Shown here: positions 28,987 through 38,288 of the stretch, one piece after another
How the letters are laid out: every line of letters starts with the position of its first letter
How positions within the stretch are numbered: position 1 is the stretch's first letter
Source of the DNA: Armatimonadota bacterium
GTDB lineage: Bacteria; Sysuimicrobiota; Sysuimicrobiia; Sysuimicrobiales; Humicultoraceae
Assembly: GCA_052386995.1 (NCBI GenBank)
Contig: JBQTJP010000110.1
Coordinates: forward strand, 30,481 to 94,480
Direction of reading: 5' to 3'
DNA: 64,000 bases
Notes under the pieces: generated by a model
Told to the model about the DNA's origin: nothing
The model's input: only the letters and a program-made list of their open reading frames with translations
Databases searched by the model: none
Position numbers and translations under genes: made by a program

Positions 28987-30081
28987 TTACTGAGGCCTCT
29001 CCAGCACCTCCGACCAGGCGGTGGCGAGGCGTCGGAGGATGTGCCGGGGGTGAATCCCCGAGAGTCCGAGTTGAAACCGGCTGCACGAGTGTGTGACGTT
29101 CACGAGTTGACGGGGCAGCGCGAAGTGTTCGCGCGCCGATGGGGTCCAGCGGCCAAACCCTACGCCAAAAGCCGCCACGAACCCGCGCTCTTTCAGCAAC
29201 GAGGCCGCTCGGGCATCGTAGTGGCCGAACGGATAGGCGAACACCTTTTCCACCGTACCTAGTTCACGCTCGAGGTCGGCCTGGGAACCCTTGATTTCCA
29301 TGACGAGTTCTTCGTCGGTGAGAGACGGCATCGATGCGTGCGTTCGGCCATGCGAAGCAATGATCACGCCGTCTGCGGCCAGCGCGCGGAGCTCATCCCA
29401 GCTCAGAACCGTGGTTCGCGGCGCCACGCTGACACCCAGGGTGGCACGGAGATCGGCCATGCGGTGTTCAATTGCCTTAGGACTCTTGGTCCACAATTCG
29501 TTCCTGAGCTCTTTCAGCGCCGTCCAACGCCCGCGCGGGGTACGGAGGTCGACGCGTCCCGCGCCATTAAGGGTAACCTCTGCATTCGCCGCGTGCGAGA
29601 GCATCTGCCAGAGCTCGTCCCACCAGAAGAGCTTCGCCCGATCCGGATAGGCGGTGGGGACAAATACAACGGCGGGCACACCGTGGGCCTTGAGCACCGG
29701 CCACGCATGCGTTGAGAAATCCCGATAGCCGTCGTCGAAGGTCACCAGCGTGGCCCCCGCCGGGAGCGTTCGACCCTCCACCAGAGATGCCCTGAGCTCC
29801 TCGGCCCCTATGGGGACGTAGTGCCGGGCGATCAGGCGGATCTGCTCAGCGAAAGCCTGGGGGGTCGCGCTGATAACGCCGGGATGGCCACCGATGGGGT
29901 CACGTGCAGGGTCACTGACCCTGTGATAACAGAGGACCCGAAGAGACCGGGCCTGCTCGCGCAGGTCGCGCCCCCGCAGCATTCTCAGCAGTCCGGAGTG
30001 CCGCAGGACGAGGTCGGCCACCTGCTCCACAGCCAGCGCTGTACGTGGGCGGCCGGCGGACTCCATGACCCGTGCGACCAT
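28987..30081 (-). CDS. Polysaccharide deacetylase (CE4 / NodB homology)
   Basis: TFDDGY motif and NodB-like His motifs. Confidence 0.75.
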   Translation of the reverse strand: MVARVMESAGRPRTALAVEQVADLVLRHSGLLRMLRGRDLREQARSLRVLCYHRVSDPARDPIGGHPGVISATPQAFAEQIRLIARHYVPIGAEELRASLVEGRTLPAGATLVTFDDGYRDFSTHAWPVLKAHGVPAVVFVPTAYPDRAKLFWWDELWQMLSHAANAEVTLNGAGRVDLRTPRGRWTALKELRNELWTKSPKAIEHRMADLRATLGVSVAPRTTVLSWDELRALAADGVIIASHGRTHASMPSLTDEELVMEIKGSQADLERELGTVEKVFAYPFGHYDARAASLLKERGFVAAFGVGFGRWTPSAREHFALPRQLVNVTHSCSRFQLGLSGIHPRHILRRLATAWSEVLERPQ

Positions 30082-30084
30082 GAC

Positions 30085-30807
30085 TTAGGTCTCCGATCCT
30101 TGAGAGTTCGATCCGGCTCGATTGACCCAGATGCCCAATCGCTCGCGTGTGCGCCAGACCAGGATACCGGGTCTCATCTGAGCGGACCGCAGGATCAGTG
30201 TCTCGAGGAGCGGCCCCGCATTGCCACGCGAGCGCGCGACGTATACCCCCAGGCCGCCCAAGAGCTGGAGTGAGAGCAACTCGATCGGGCGCTGGAACTC
30301 GACCGTTTCAAAGGCCTTGAGGGAAGGTCGGTTGCGGTTGCTCACCCGGGCGTAGACCCGCCGCACACCACGTTCTCTGGCATACTTGAGACACGTTCCC
30401 ATGACCGCCTGAAACACGTGACTGCTTCGAAATTCGGGGGCGGTGTACGCATCATAGATGTACGCTTCCTCGTGGTTCAAGCGAATCTTCACCCCGATAT
30501 CCTCGAGATCCCACGACCCGAAGCCCAGCCAGCTCCCGTGGATCATCCGCTCCCCTACGCGCGCGACGAAGCAGAGATGGCCGTTGCGAAGACGTTCAAA
30601 GAACCTCGCCGTGTCGACAAAGTCCGGGACCGGCGGAGCCTGGGACTCGCCCAGGGTCGCCGACGAAATGCACCCAATCGCGATCGCGATGCGGGGCGAC
30701 ACCTCCTGGAGCGGCGCGCCTGGGTCGCGAACGAGGATGGACTCGGACCACTTTCGCCACAGCGAGCGTTTCGCGCCTGCGAGAACCTCACGTGCCTCAT
30801 CGATCAT
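30085..30807 (-). CDS. GNAT-family N-acetyltransferase
   Basis: GNAT core of about 240 aa. Confidence 0.6.
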   Translation of the reverse strand: MIDEAREVLAGAKRSLWRKWSESILVRDPGAPLQEVSPRIAIAIGCISSATLGESQAPPVPDFVDTARFFERLRNGHLCFVARVGERMIHGSWLGFGSWDLEDIGVKIRLNHEEAYIYDAYTAPEFRSSHVFQAVMGTCLKYARERGVRRVYARVSNRNRPSLKAFETVEFQRPIELLSLQLLGGLGVYVARSRGNAGPLLETLILRSAQMRPGILVWRTRERLGIWVNRAGSNSQGSET

Positions 30808-30861
30808 GGCAGGTGTCGTTCACGATCTCTTGCCGCCCCGACGTGCCACGGGCCATCGTGG

Positions 30862-31680
30862 TTAGGTTTTGTGCAACAAACCGACATAGTAGACCTTGTC
30901 CCACCGGTACACCCCGCGTCGCGTCGGCTTGGGAATGATCAGCGCGGCCAGCCCTTGCGCGTCCGCGAAGTCCAGAAACGCGTCGTGCTCCTGGACGTCA
31001 TCCACCATGAGCACCCCTCCGGGGCGCATGTGCGGCCACAACAGACGCCAGGCGCGCAGCATCCCCTCGTAACTCTTGTCTGAGTCATAGAAGAATACGT
31101 CGACCGGGCCAACACGGTTCAGCACAGCGGGCAGCACCCGCCGGTCTGGACCCAAGAGCAGCTGCCAGCGGCCCGAGGCTCGAAGGCGCTGCGGGATCGC
31201 GCCGCCGGTATACGACGTCACTCCAGGGCGGAACATCGGAAGGTCCACGCTGCAGAGGGTACCGCGCTCGTTGTCCTCTAACGCCTGCAGAATCGCGGCC
31301 GTACTGTACCCGTGGGCGACGCCGGTCTCTAGAACGACAGTGGGCTTGAGCAGCCGAACCACGGCATAGCATGCTTCGAGGAACGCAGCGCCTCCCAGTT
31401 CGCGGGCCGGGGTGGGAATCGCGTAGGCCTCCAGCTCGGCAAGGAGCCGCCGCAGCGACGGCGCCTCCATATGACCCTGAATGACGGCCGGAGCCGCTCC
31501 TGCGAGCTTCGAGATCCCATCCGCCGGCGGACTCGCCAGCGTCGGGTAGGCGTCGACGCGCTTGCGGTGGCGCCTCAGCGTGACTCTCGAAATGGACTTC
31601 CACCACACCTCCGGCAGCAGCGAGGGATCACGCAGCACGCGTTCCAAGACGGCGACTCCCTGCGTCGCAAACCTGCGCAT
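30862..31680 (-). CDS. Class I SAM-dependent methyltransferase (Methyltransf_24 / O-MT family 3-like)
   Basis: LETGVAHGYST motif I, VDL...FFYDSDKSYEG. Confidence 0.65.
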   Translation of the reverse strand: MRRFATQGVAVLERVLRDPSLLPEVWWKSISRVTLRRHRKRVDAYPTLASPPADGISKLAGAAPAVIQGHMEAPSLRRLLAELEAYAIPTPARELGGAAFLEACYAVVRLLKPTVVLETGVAHGYSTAAILQALEDNERGTLCSVDLPMFRPGVTSYTGGAIPQRLRASGRWQLLLGPDRRVLPAVLNRVGPVDVFFYDSDKSYEGMLRAWRLLWPHMRPGGVLMVDDVQEHDAFLDFADAQGLAALIIPKPTRRGVYRWDKVYYVGLLHKT

Positions 31681-31704
31681 AGATTCGTTAAGTCGAGCCT
31701 GGGG

Positions 31705-33030
31705 TTAGAGTCTTTCGAGCTGCGGCGTGGGGCGCGGCGGAAGGTAGGCGAGGAGCATAAAGATGAATGGCAGGAGTTGAGGGCGTTGCCGGGCGATGAT
31801 GGCGAAGTTGGAGATGCCCGAGAAGAAGAATGCGAACAACAAGATGAAGACGACGGCAAGCATCATGAACGCGTTCCCCGGCGCGGCGGCAACCGCGGCG
31901 GCGAGGCTCTTCCACTTCCTAAAGAACAGCAGAATGAGGAAGATGCCTTCCACCGCCGAGATCATCGCAAACGCGTTGTGGGCTTCCCACGGAAATGGCC
32001 GAAAGAACACGGTGCTGAGTCCGTCGACGAACGCGATTGGATTCGTGGGCACGACGCGATGGATCGCCGCCCCCCCGCGCTCGGTCCTCTCCTGACGGTC
32101 CTCGATGTAGCTGAGGACGCCGTCCGGCGTGAGATCATCGAGCTGGATGTAGCCCGCGGACGTTTGCACGACAAAGATGGCGACGACCGCGAACACCAGC
32201 ACTACCGCGATGCGCACCATGGGCGTCAACAGGCCGGCGCGTGCCGGCCGCCACACCGAGGCGGCCGCGACCGCCACGCCGATAATGCCCGCGACGTGCG
32301 GTCGAATCACCATGACGCCACCCAGACCGACGCCCATGATCACGAGGCTCGACAGCGCTATGCGTCGCATGAGCCGCGCCGCCCCGTAGGTCCCTAAGCC
32401 GAGGCAAAAGCACACGAGGGCGTCCTTCCCCAGGCTGCTCGTCCACAGCGCCATCGATGGGTACAGCATGATCAAATAGGCAAAAAGCCGGCGGTTGCCA
32501 TTGGGAACCGCGGTGACAAACGCCTTGTAAAAGAACAGCATGCCGAGCAGTCCGAGCCACGCCCAGAACACGAAGGCGCCGATGAGCGTGGGGCCGGTGA
32601 AGAGATAGAAGATTCCCGTGATGAGCGTGACCATATCCGTGCCGTGATAGTCGGTGATATCCGGCGAGCCCCCGGCCAGGATCGCCGCCGCCGCGCGGCT
32701 GCCGCCGCCGTGGTAGCCGACCGCGTCCGCAAAGCCGCCGTACTGATCGAAGATGAACCACAGACGAAACACGATCGCGCCGAACTTGAGGAACAGGGCC
32801 ACGATCAGCAGGCGGAACAGTAGCGTGCCTATTGGATCGTCTCGACTGGCCAGGTGGAAGATCACGAGCGAGGCCATGACCACGCCGGCAATGATCACGG
32901 CGGCCCGCATGCCCTCGATGTCTTGAATCGCGATGAAGCTGCCGATCACGCCGGCGATGGCCACAAAGACGATCCCGGGGCCCAATCGCTTTCCCACATT
33001 CGTTGAGTACGTGGACGTGCGCACGCTCAT
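31705..33030 (-). CDS. Polytopic membrane protein, probable Wzy-type repeat-unit polymerase (an O-antigen ligase-like function is not excluded)
   Basis: At least 10 predicted TM helices with a large loop. The start is MSVRTSTYS. It lies between the MT gene and the nucleotide-sugar dehydrogenase gene. Confidence 0.5.
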   Translation of the reverse strand: MSVRTSTYSTNVGKRLGPGIVFVAIAGVIGSFIAIQDIEGMRAAVIIAGVVMASLVIFHLASRDDPIGTLLFRLLIVALFLKFGAIVFRLWFIFDQYGGFADAVGYHGGGSRAAAAILAGGSPDITDYHGTDMVTLITGIFYLFTGPTLIGAFVFWAWLGLLGMLFFYKAFVTAVPNGNRRLFAYLIMLYPSMALWTSSLGKDALVCFCLGLGTYGAARLMRRIALSSLVIMGVGLGGVMVIRPHVAGIIGVAVAAASVWRPARAGLLTPMVRIAVVLVFAVVAIFVVQTSAGYIQLDDLTPDGVLSYIEDRQERTERGGAAIHRVVPTNPIAFVDGLSTVFFRPFPWEAHNAFAMISAVEGIFLILLFFRKWKSLAAAVAAAPGNAFMMLAVVFILLFAFFFSGISNFAIIARQRPQLLPFIFMLLAYLPPRPTPQLERL

Positions 33031-33077
33031 CGCGCGAATGCCTCCTTGAAAATCCCGGGAGCCCGGGCGCAGGCAGG

Positions 33078-34427
33078 CTACAGCCGAACGATCTTCGCTC
33101 GCCCCTCCGCGACCTCGCGGGTCGCGTTGCGCGTATCCATCACGAGCCGCGCGTTGCGCACGACCCAGCGATAGTCGACGCATGAGTGATCGGCCACGAT
33201 CATCACGCAATCCGCGCTTCGGAGCGCGGCCGCCGTCAGCGGCCGGCTCGCAAGCGAGTGCCCATTGACCGACAGCCTCGGCACGTAGGGATCGTGATAG
33301 CTGACTTTCACGCCGTGCTGGATCAGCAGTTGGATGATCTTCAGCGCCGGCGACTCGCGGTAGTCGTCGACATCTTTCTTGAAGGTGACGCCCAGCACGA
33401 GCAGGCGCACCGCGCCGGGACGATGCCGGTGACCGTTGAGAGCGAGGAGCGTCTTGGTGACGACGTGGTACGGCATCTCCTCATTGACCCGGGCCGCGAG
33501 CTCAATGAAGTCCATGTGAAAGTCGTATTCTCGGGCCTTCCAGGCCAGGTAATACGGATCGACCGGAATGCAGTGGCCGCCCACCCCGGGCCCGGGCTGA
33601 AATCGCAGAAATCCATAGGGCTTGGTCGCCGCCGCGTCGATGACCTCCCAGATGTCCAGCCCCATGCGGTCACACAGCATGGCCAGCTGGTTCACCAGGG
33701 CGATGTTGACGTTGCGGAAGACATTCTCGAGCAACTTGGACAGCTCGGCCGTCACCGATGAGGACACCGTCTTGACAGGCGTCCCGAGGGCGCCGAAGAG
33801 ACGCGCCGCGCGCCGTGTGCTCTCCGGGTCGACGCCGCCTACGACCACCGGCGTGTTCCGAATGGTGTAGTCCTGCCTTCCGGGGTCGACACGCTCCGGC
33901 ACGAAAGCCAGAAAGATGTCGCGCCCGACCGACAGACCGTGGGATTCCAGGATCGGCAAGACCAGTTCCTCAGTCGTGCCAGGGTAGGACGTGCTCCGCA
34001 AGATCACCAGCTGGCCGGGCCGGAGGTGCTCGGCAACGCCACGGGTGGCGCTGGCGATGCTCGACGTATCGGGTTGCTTGTTCGGTGTGCAGGGCGTCGG
34101 TACGCAGATGAAAATCACATCGGCGCGCGAGAGTCCCTCATAGGCCGTGTCGACCTTGAGACGACCGGAGGCCTGAACCGCGGCAATATCGGCCGCGGGC
34201 ACGTCGCCGACAGGCGACGAGTTGCTGAGCAAGGTGTCGATCCGCGCCGAATCGACATCGATTCCAAGCACGCGGAACCCTTCCTGGGCAAAAGCCACAG
34301 CCAGAGGCAGGCCCACATATCCGAGGCCGATGACCGCGATGTGAGCCTCTTTGGTCCGCACCAGGTCATTGAACTGCGCCGGCCTGGAGGCCTTCGATGC
34401 GGCATATTCGACAGTGGCTATCGTCAT
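33078..34427 (-). CDS. Nucleotide-sugar dehydrogenase (UDP-GlcNAc/ManNAc 6-dehydrogenase, WbpA/WecC-like)
   Basis: N-terminal GLGYVGLP Rossmann motif, a catalytic Cys region (GGHCIPVDP) and the UDPG_MGDP_dh C-terminal domain. Confidence 0.85.
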   Translation of the reverse strand: MTIATVEYAASKASRPAQFNDLVRTKEAHIAVIGLGYVGLPLAVAFAQEGFRVLGIDVDSARIDTLLSNSSPVGDVPAADIAAVQASGRLKVDTAYEGLSRADVIFICVPTPCTPNKQPDTSSIASATRGVAEHLRPGQLVILRSTSYPGTTEELVLPILESHGLSVGRDIFLAFVPERVDPGRQDYTIRNTPVVVGGVDPESTRRAARLFGALGTPVKTVSSSVTAELSKLLENVFRNVNIALVNQLAMLCDRMGLDIWEVIDAAATKPYGFLRFQPGPGVGGHCIPVDPYYLAWKAREYDFHMDFIELAARVNEEMPYHVVTKTLLALNGHRHRPGAVRLLVLGVTFKKDVDDYRESPALKIIQLLIQHGVKVSYHDPYVPRLSVNGHSLASRPLTAAALRSADCVMIVADHSCVDYRWVVRNARLVMDTRNATREVAEGRAKIVRL

Positions 34428-34492
34428 TGATAAGGCTCCGCCGTCCCGGGTACATTCCCCAGGCGAATGATGGCCAAAATTGGACGAGCGCA

Positions 34493-34510
34493 GGGACGCA
34501 AGCGCGTCCC
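34493..34510 (-). terminator. Short GC hairpin in the 92-nt gap after the NusG-paralog gene; a candidate attenuator or terminator
   Basis: GGGACGC-AAGC-GCGTCCC perfect 7-bp stem. An AUUUUGG run lies about 12 nt downstream on the minus strand. Confidence 0.3.
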
Positions 34511-34519
34511 CTCCCTGCC

Positions 34520-35038
34520 TCAGGCGACGAGTTCTACGTCTGTAACGTCCATCTCCACAGGCGTGAGACAGCCCATCAACTGGAGTAGCACGCGCACCCG
34601 CTCACCGCGGCTCGCCGGCCGCTCCAGAATCCCCTGCAAACCGACAAACGGTCCGTGCACCACGTGCACCGCCGAGCCGACCTTCAGGCGCCATCCGGCC
34701 TCCAGTGGGATGATCTCCGCATCCCCGCAGCGTTCGCGGAGCATCCCGATGGCCTCGGCCGGAACAGGCGTCGGAACATCGTCGGTCGCCACGATCCGCT
34801 TGACGCCTGGCGCCCACTTGACCGCGTGCCAGGATTCCGGCTCCAACCGCATCTGGACAAACAGATATGAAGGAAACAACGGCTCGACAACCTTCACGCG
34901 GCGGGATCGCCGCCGGCGAAGGTCCGAAACCTTTGGCAGAAAGACCGAGAGCCCCGAGCGTGCGCGCAACCAGCCGTGGACACGGTCTTCCTGCCGCGGC
35001 TTGGTTTGCACGGCATACCAGGACAGTTCATCATCCAT
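34520..35038 (-). CDS. NusG-paralog transcription antiterminator (RfaH/UpxY/LoaP-like specialised NusG)
   Basis: NGN domain (WYAVQTKPRQE...) and a KOW motif (GSAVHVVHGPFVGLQGIL); 172 aa. Confidence 0.75.
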   Translation of the reverse strand: MDDELSWYAVQTKPRQEDRVHGWLRARSGLSVFLPKVSDLRRRRSRRVKVVEPLFPSYLFVQMRLEPESWHAVKWAPGVKRIVATDDVPTPVPAEAIGMLRERCGDAEIIPLEAGWRLKVGSAVHVVHGPFVGLQGILERPASRGERVRVLLQLMGCLTPVEMDVTDVELVA

Positions 35039-35071
35039 GGCGCGTTATACTGGACCCGTTCATTGGGGAGC

Positions 35072-35728
35072 CTACGCGCCGGCCAAGGCCCGGCCCCGCG
35101 CGCGGTTCAGCACAGTCCCCAGGATGCGGGCCTCCACCCGTTCGAGCAACCGACGCATCTCCTGCTGCTCGCGTCGGGACGCGCCTTGGGGCGATACCAC
35201 CAGCAGCACGCCATCGGCCTCTTTGCCGATGTACAACGTGTCCGGATAACTCAACATCGGTGCGGTATCGATCACCACAAGATCGAAGCGCTCGCGCAGG
35301 CCGTTGAAGGCAGTCTCGAGCGCTGGCTGGATGAGCAGCGCCTGCGCCGGCGCCTGGACCCTCCCGGCCGGCACGAACGACAGGTGAGGGATCTTGGTGG
35401 CCACAACGACGCTCTGCAGGTCCGCTTTCCCCGTCAGGAGGTCCGCGAGCCCGGGCATGTGGTTGAGGCCGAAGGCCTTGTGCAGTTCCGGCTCACGCAG
35501 GTTGGCATCGACGATCACCGTCGGCCGGCCCGTGCGGGCCATCATCATCGCAAGATTCAACGCGGTCGTCGAACACCCGTCGCCTGCCTGGGCGGCAGCC
35601 ACTGCTACCGCCCGGGGAGGATTGCCGTTGTGGGCCAGCATCACGCTGGCCAGCAGGAGACCGTAGGCCTCCACGAAGGCCGTCCCTTGATCTATGGAGG
35701 CAATGGTAGTGAACCCGTTCGTTGGCAT
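35072..35728 (-). CDS. BY-kinase-like P-loop ATPase (CapB/Wzc C-terminal domain homologue). It appears degenerate.
   Basis: Walker A' (VIVDANLREP) and Walker B (LVVIDTAP) are present. The Walker A reads GDGCSTT, with Cys in place of the invariant Lys. There is no C-terminal Tyr cluster. Confidence 0.6.
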   Translation of the reverse strand: MPTNGFTTIASIDQGTAFVEAYGLLLASVMLAHNGNPPRAVAVAAAQAGDGCSTTALNLAMMMARTGRPTVIVDANLREPELHKAFGLNHMPGLADLLTGKADLQSVVVATKIPHLSFVPAGRVQAPAQALLIQPALETAFNGLRERFDLVVIDTAPMLSYPDTLYIGKEADGVLLVVSPQGASRREQQEMRRLLERVEARILGTVLNRARGRALAGA

Positions 35729-35761
35729 CGTTCGTTCCCTCCTAAAACCCTCGCACGCGCC

Positions 35762-37360
35762 CTATCGGCCGTTCGCGGTACTCTCGGCCGGCGGCTGCGG
35801 CGAGCCCAACCAGTTGGCGACCACCGTGGCGGCATCCTGAATCCGCTCGGAGGCGCCGATGGGCACAGTGACATAGCCCCGGGCGATCGCCGCCCAGGCT
35901 GCGCCACCCATTAAGAGCAGCACAAACATGAAGGTAAACATCGCGGTCGCCGGCGCCGGGCGCGGTGTGCCGTGCGCCGGGATCTGCGCCAGGACCGGGA
36001 CGCCGAGCGCGCGCTCCGCGTCCTGTGCGGTACGGATGCGATCATCCATGGACTCGAGCAGCAGTGCCGCCAGGATGCCCAGGATCAGGCCCGCGAAGCC
36101 GGCGGCGGCTCCAAAGCGCGGGAACGCGGAGGGTTCTGCCCGCCCCGGTGCCACGGCGGCCTCGACCAGCTGCACACTCGCCGGTGAGAACCCGGCTTCA
36201 TTCTCGCGCAGCAAGATCTCCTGATACCGCGTGGACAGTAATGTGTAGTTGGCCTCCATGATCCGGTTCTCGCGGGCCAGCCGGTTGAACTCCACTTCCA
36301 CGGCCGGCACGATCGCGACCTGTCCCTGGCGGCGCCTCAGTGTGGACTGGAGCGCGGACACCCGCGCACTCACGGCTGCCTGCTCAATTTCCTGCGTCAC
36401 GATGTCGGCGACCAACCGGGCGTGAATCGGGTTGGTGGTGGTCACCTCTTCACCAACCATCGTCCGCGCCTCGGCTATGAGGCGATTGCGCACGTCGGCG
36501 ATCTCCCGGTTGAGGGCCTCCATGCGCGGATGCAGCGGTGTGTAGACCTGCGCCATCTGCGCGCGACGGAGCTCGAGTTCGATAATGTGGGTCTGGTACC
36601 GGCGGAAGGTCGGGTTCTCGGTCGTCGCCCGCCGCTCAACGATGCGCGGCTGCTCTCGCCCGAACCGTGCGCGGGCGGCCGTCAGGCGTGCGTCCGTCTC
36701 CATACGCGCCCGGTTGGCCGCGTCAAGCTCGACTTCGGCCGAGCGCATCGCCGAGAGGGCTCCGCCGCTCACGTCGGAGAGCGAGATGACTCGATTCCGC
36801 TCACGATAGGCCTGCAGTGCCCGTTCGGACTGTTCGAGCCGCGCACGGGACTGCGTCATTTGATCCTCAACAAACCGGCGCACCTCGCTGACGCTGTTCC
36901 GGTTCGCCTCTCGGAAGTACGCGATGAACTCCTCTGAGGCCACATTCGCCAGGCTCGCCGAGCGCTCGGCGTTGTTCGTCGTCGCCGTGATCCTCACGAG
37001 CGAGGTCCCGCGCTCCGGCGCGGCCGTGATAGCCCGCTGCACCGTATGCGGACCGGCCATGCCCATCCGCTTCGCTACCCGTGTCGCGATCGGGCGACTA
37101 TCGATCAGGGCCATGATGTCGCCAACGGTATTGTCATACCGGTTGAACACAGGCATCGCCTCGCGCGGCAGCACCGTCGGTGGGTTTACCACGACGGGCG
37201 ACGTCACCATCATCCGGGCGGTCGCCACGTAGCGGGCGGGGCGGCGGCCGATGGCCACGTAGGCAGCCCCGACGGCGATGATCGTGACAAGAATCACCAG
37301 CCAGAGGCGGTTTCGTACCGCCTGCCAGTACTGGCCTAATTCACTCGAATGTCCGCTCAT
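35762..37360 (-). CDS. Polysaccharide co-polymerase / chain-length determinant (PCP, Wzz/GumC-like)
   Basis: N- and C-terminal TM helices flank a long coiled-coil periplasmic region; 532 aa. Confidence 0.75.
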   Translation of the reverse strand: MSGHSSELGQYWQAVRNRLWLVILVTIIAVGAAYVAIGRRPARYVATARMMVTSPVVVNPPTVLPREAMPVFNRYDNTVGDIMALIDSRPIATRVAKRMGMAGPHTVQRAITAAPERGTSLVRITATTNNAERSASLANVASEEFIAYFREANRNSVSEVRRFVEDQMTQSRARLEQSERALQAYRERNRVISLSDVSGGALSAMRSAEVELDAANRARMETDARLTAARARFGREQPRIVERRATTENPTFRRYQTHIIELELRRAQMAQVYTPLHPRMEALNREIADVRNRLIAEARTMVGEEVTTTNPIHARLVADIVTQEIEQAAVSARVSALQSTLRRRQGQVAIVPAVEVEFNRLARENRIMEANYTLLSTRYQEILLRENEAGFSPASVQLVEAAVAPGRAEPSAFPRFGAAAGFAGLILGILAALLLESMDDRIRTAQDAERALGVPVLAQIPAHGTPRPAPATAMFTFMFVLLLMGGAAWAAIARGYVTVPIGASERIQDAATVVANWLGSPQPPAESTANGR

Positions 37361-37403
37361 AGCCCTGACTCCTCTCCCTTTCCGGCCTCAGGAAGTCCGA
37401 CCA

Positions 37404-38288
37404 TTAGAAGCCTCCGAGCAGCGCGCGGATCAAGCTCAGTGGACCCAGAAAGCTCAAGATATCGGCCCACCGCACGCTGCGGTCCGGCGGGATGTAGACA
37501 ACGTCCTCGTTCCTCAACGGGACATTTTGCTTCAGATCGCCCCGGACAAAGCTGGTCATGTCCACCGTCGTGACGGCGGTTTTGCCGTCGGGCCCGACAC
37601 GAATGATGCCAATATTATTTATTGCTGACCGTTCGGCCGGTCCGCCGGCCGCCGAGATGACTTCGAAGATCCGCGCGCCCTCCTCGATGTCGTAGGCGCC
37701 CGGTCTGTTGACTGCGCCCATGAGCAGCACGCGATTTTGCAGCGTGGGAACCATGATGACGTCCCCGGACTCGACGGGGAGGTTGTGCTCCCGGTCGCCC
37801 CTCATGAGAAGCGCCTCCAGGTTCACGGCCACGATCTGTCCGGTCGCCCGGCGAGTCAGGGTCGTGCGTCGCATGGCTGCCCTGGCAGTGACACCTCCGG
37901 CGGCTCCCATCACCTCGAGCACGGTCCATCCGCGCTGGATCTCAATGGACCCCGGCCGGGAAACCTGCCCTACGACCTGAACGTATGATCGCCGAAACTC
38001 GCGGACGGAGACCGTGACCTGGGGCTCCCGAAGATAGGTCCGGAGCGCTTTCGTGATCCGCTCGGCCAACTCCGCGGGAGAGGAACCTGCCGCCTGGATG
38101 TCACCGAGCAGCGGCATATTGATCTTGCCGTCGGGACGGACCGTGATGGTCCGGGTGAGGTCGGCCTCACCGAACACCGTGATCTCCACGGAGTCACCGG
38201 CGGCGAGTACATACTGCTCCGGCTGCTGCGCCTGGACGCTCAAGGCGCCCAGGCCGAGCACCTGGGGCAAGAAAAAGAGAAGGGCCAT
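37404..38288 (-). CDS. Polysaccharide export protein (Wza/Poly_export + SLBB domains)
   Basis: Signal peptide (MALLFFLPQVLGLGALSVQAQ), PES motif (GDSVEITV) and SLBB repeats. The start is moved to an internal Met. Confidence 0.75.
   Translation of the reverse strand: MALLFFLPQVLGLGALSVQAQQPEQYVLAAGDSVEITVFGEADLTRTITVRPDGKINMPLLGDIQAAGSSPAELAERITKALRTYLREPQVTVSVREFRRSYVQVVGQVSRPGSIEIQRGWTVLEVMGAAGGVTARAAMRRTTLTRRATGQIVAVNLEALLMRGDREHNLPVESGDVIMVPTLQNRVLLMGAVNRPGAYDIEEGARIFEVISAAGGPAERSAINNIGIIRVGPDGKTAVTTVDMTSFVRGDLKQNVPLRNEDVVYIPPDRSVRWADILSFLGPLSLIRALLGGF

Noticed and set aside
31705-33210. Long N-terminal extension of the Wzy-like ORF (MRDDRGRSLMRR...)
   Set aside because: The extension is Arg-rich and non-hydrophobic. 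The internal Met (MSVRTSTYS) directly precedes the first TM helix, so the start was moved to 33030.
35072-35728. Calling this a full Wzc tyrosine autokinase
   Set aside because: The Walker A lysine and the C-terminal tyrosine cluster are missing, so it is annotated as a BY-kinase-like ATPase only.
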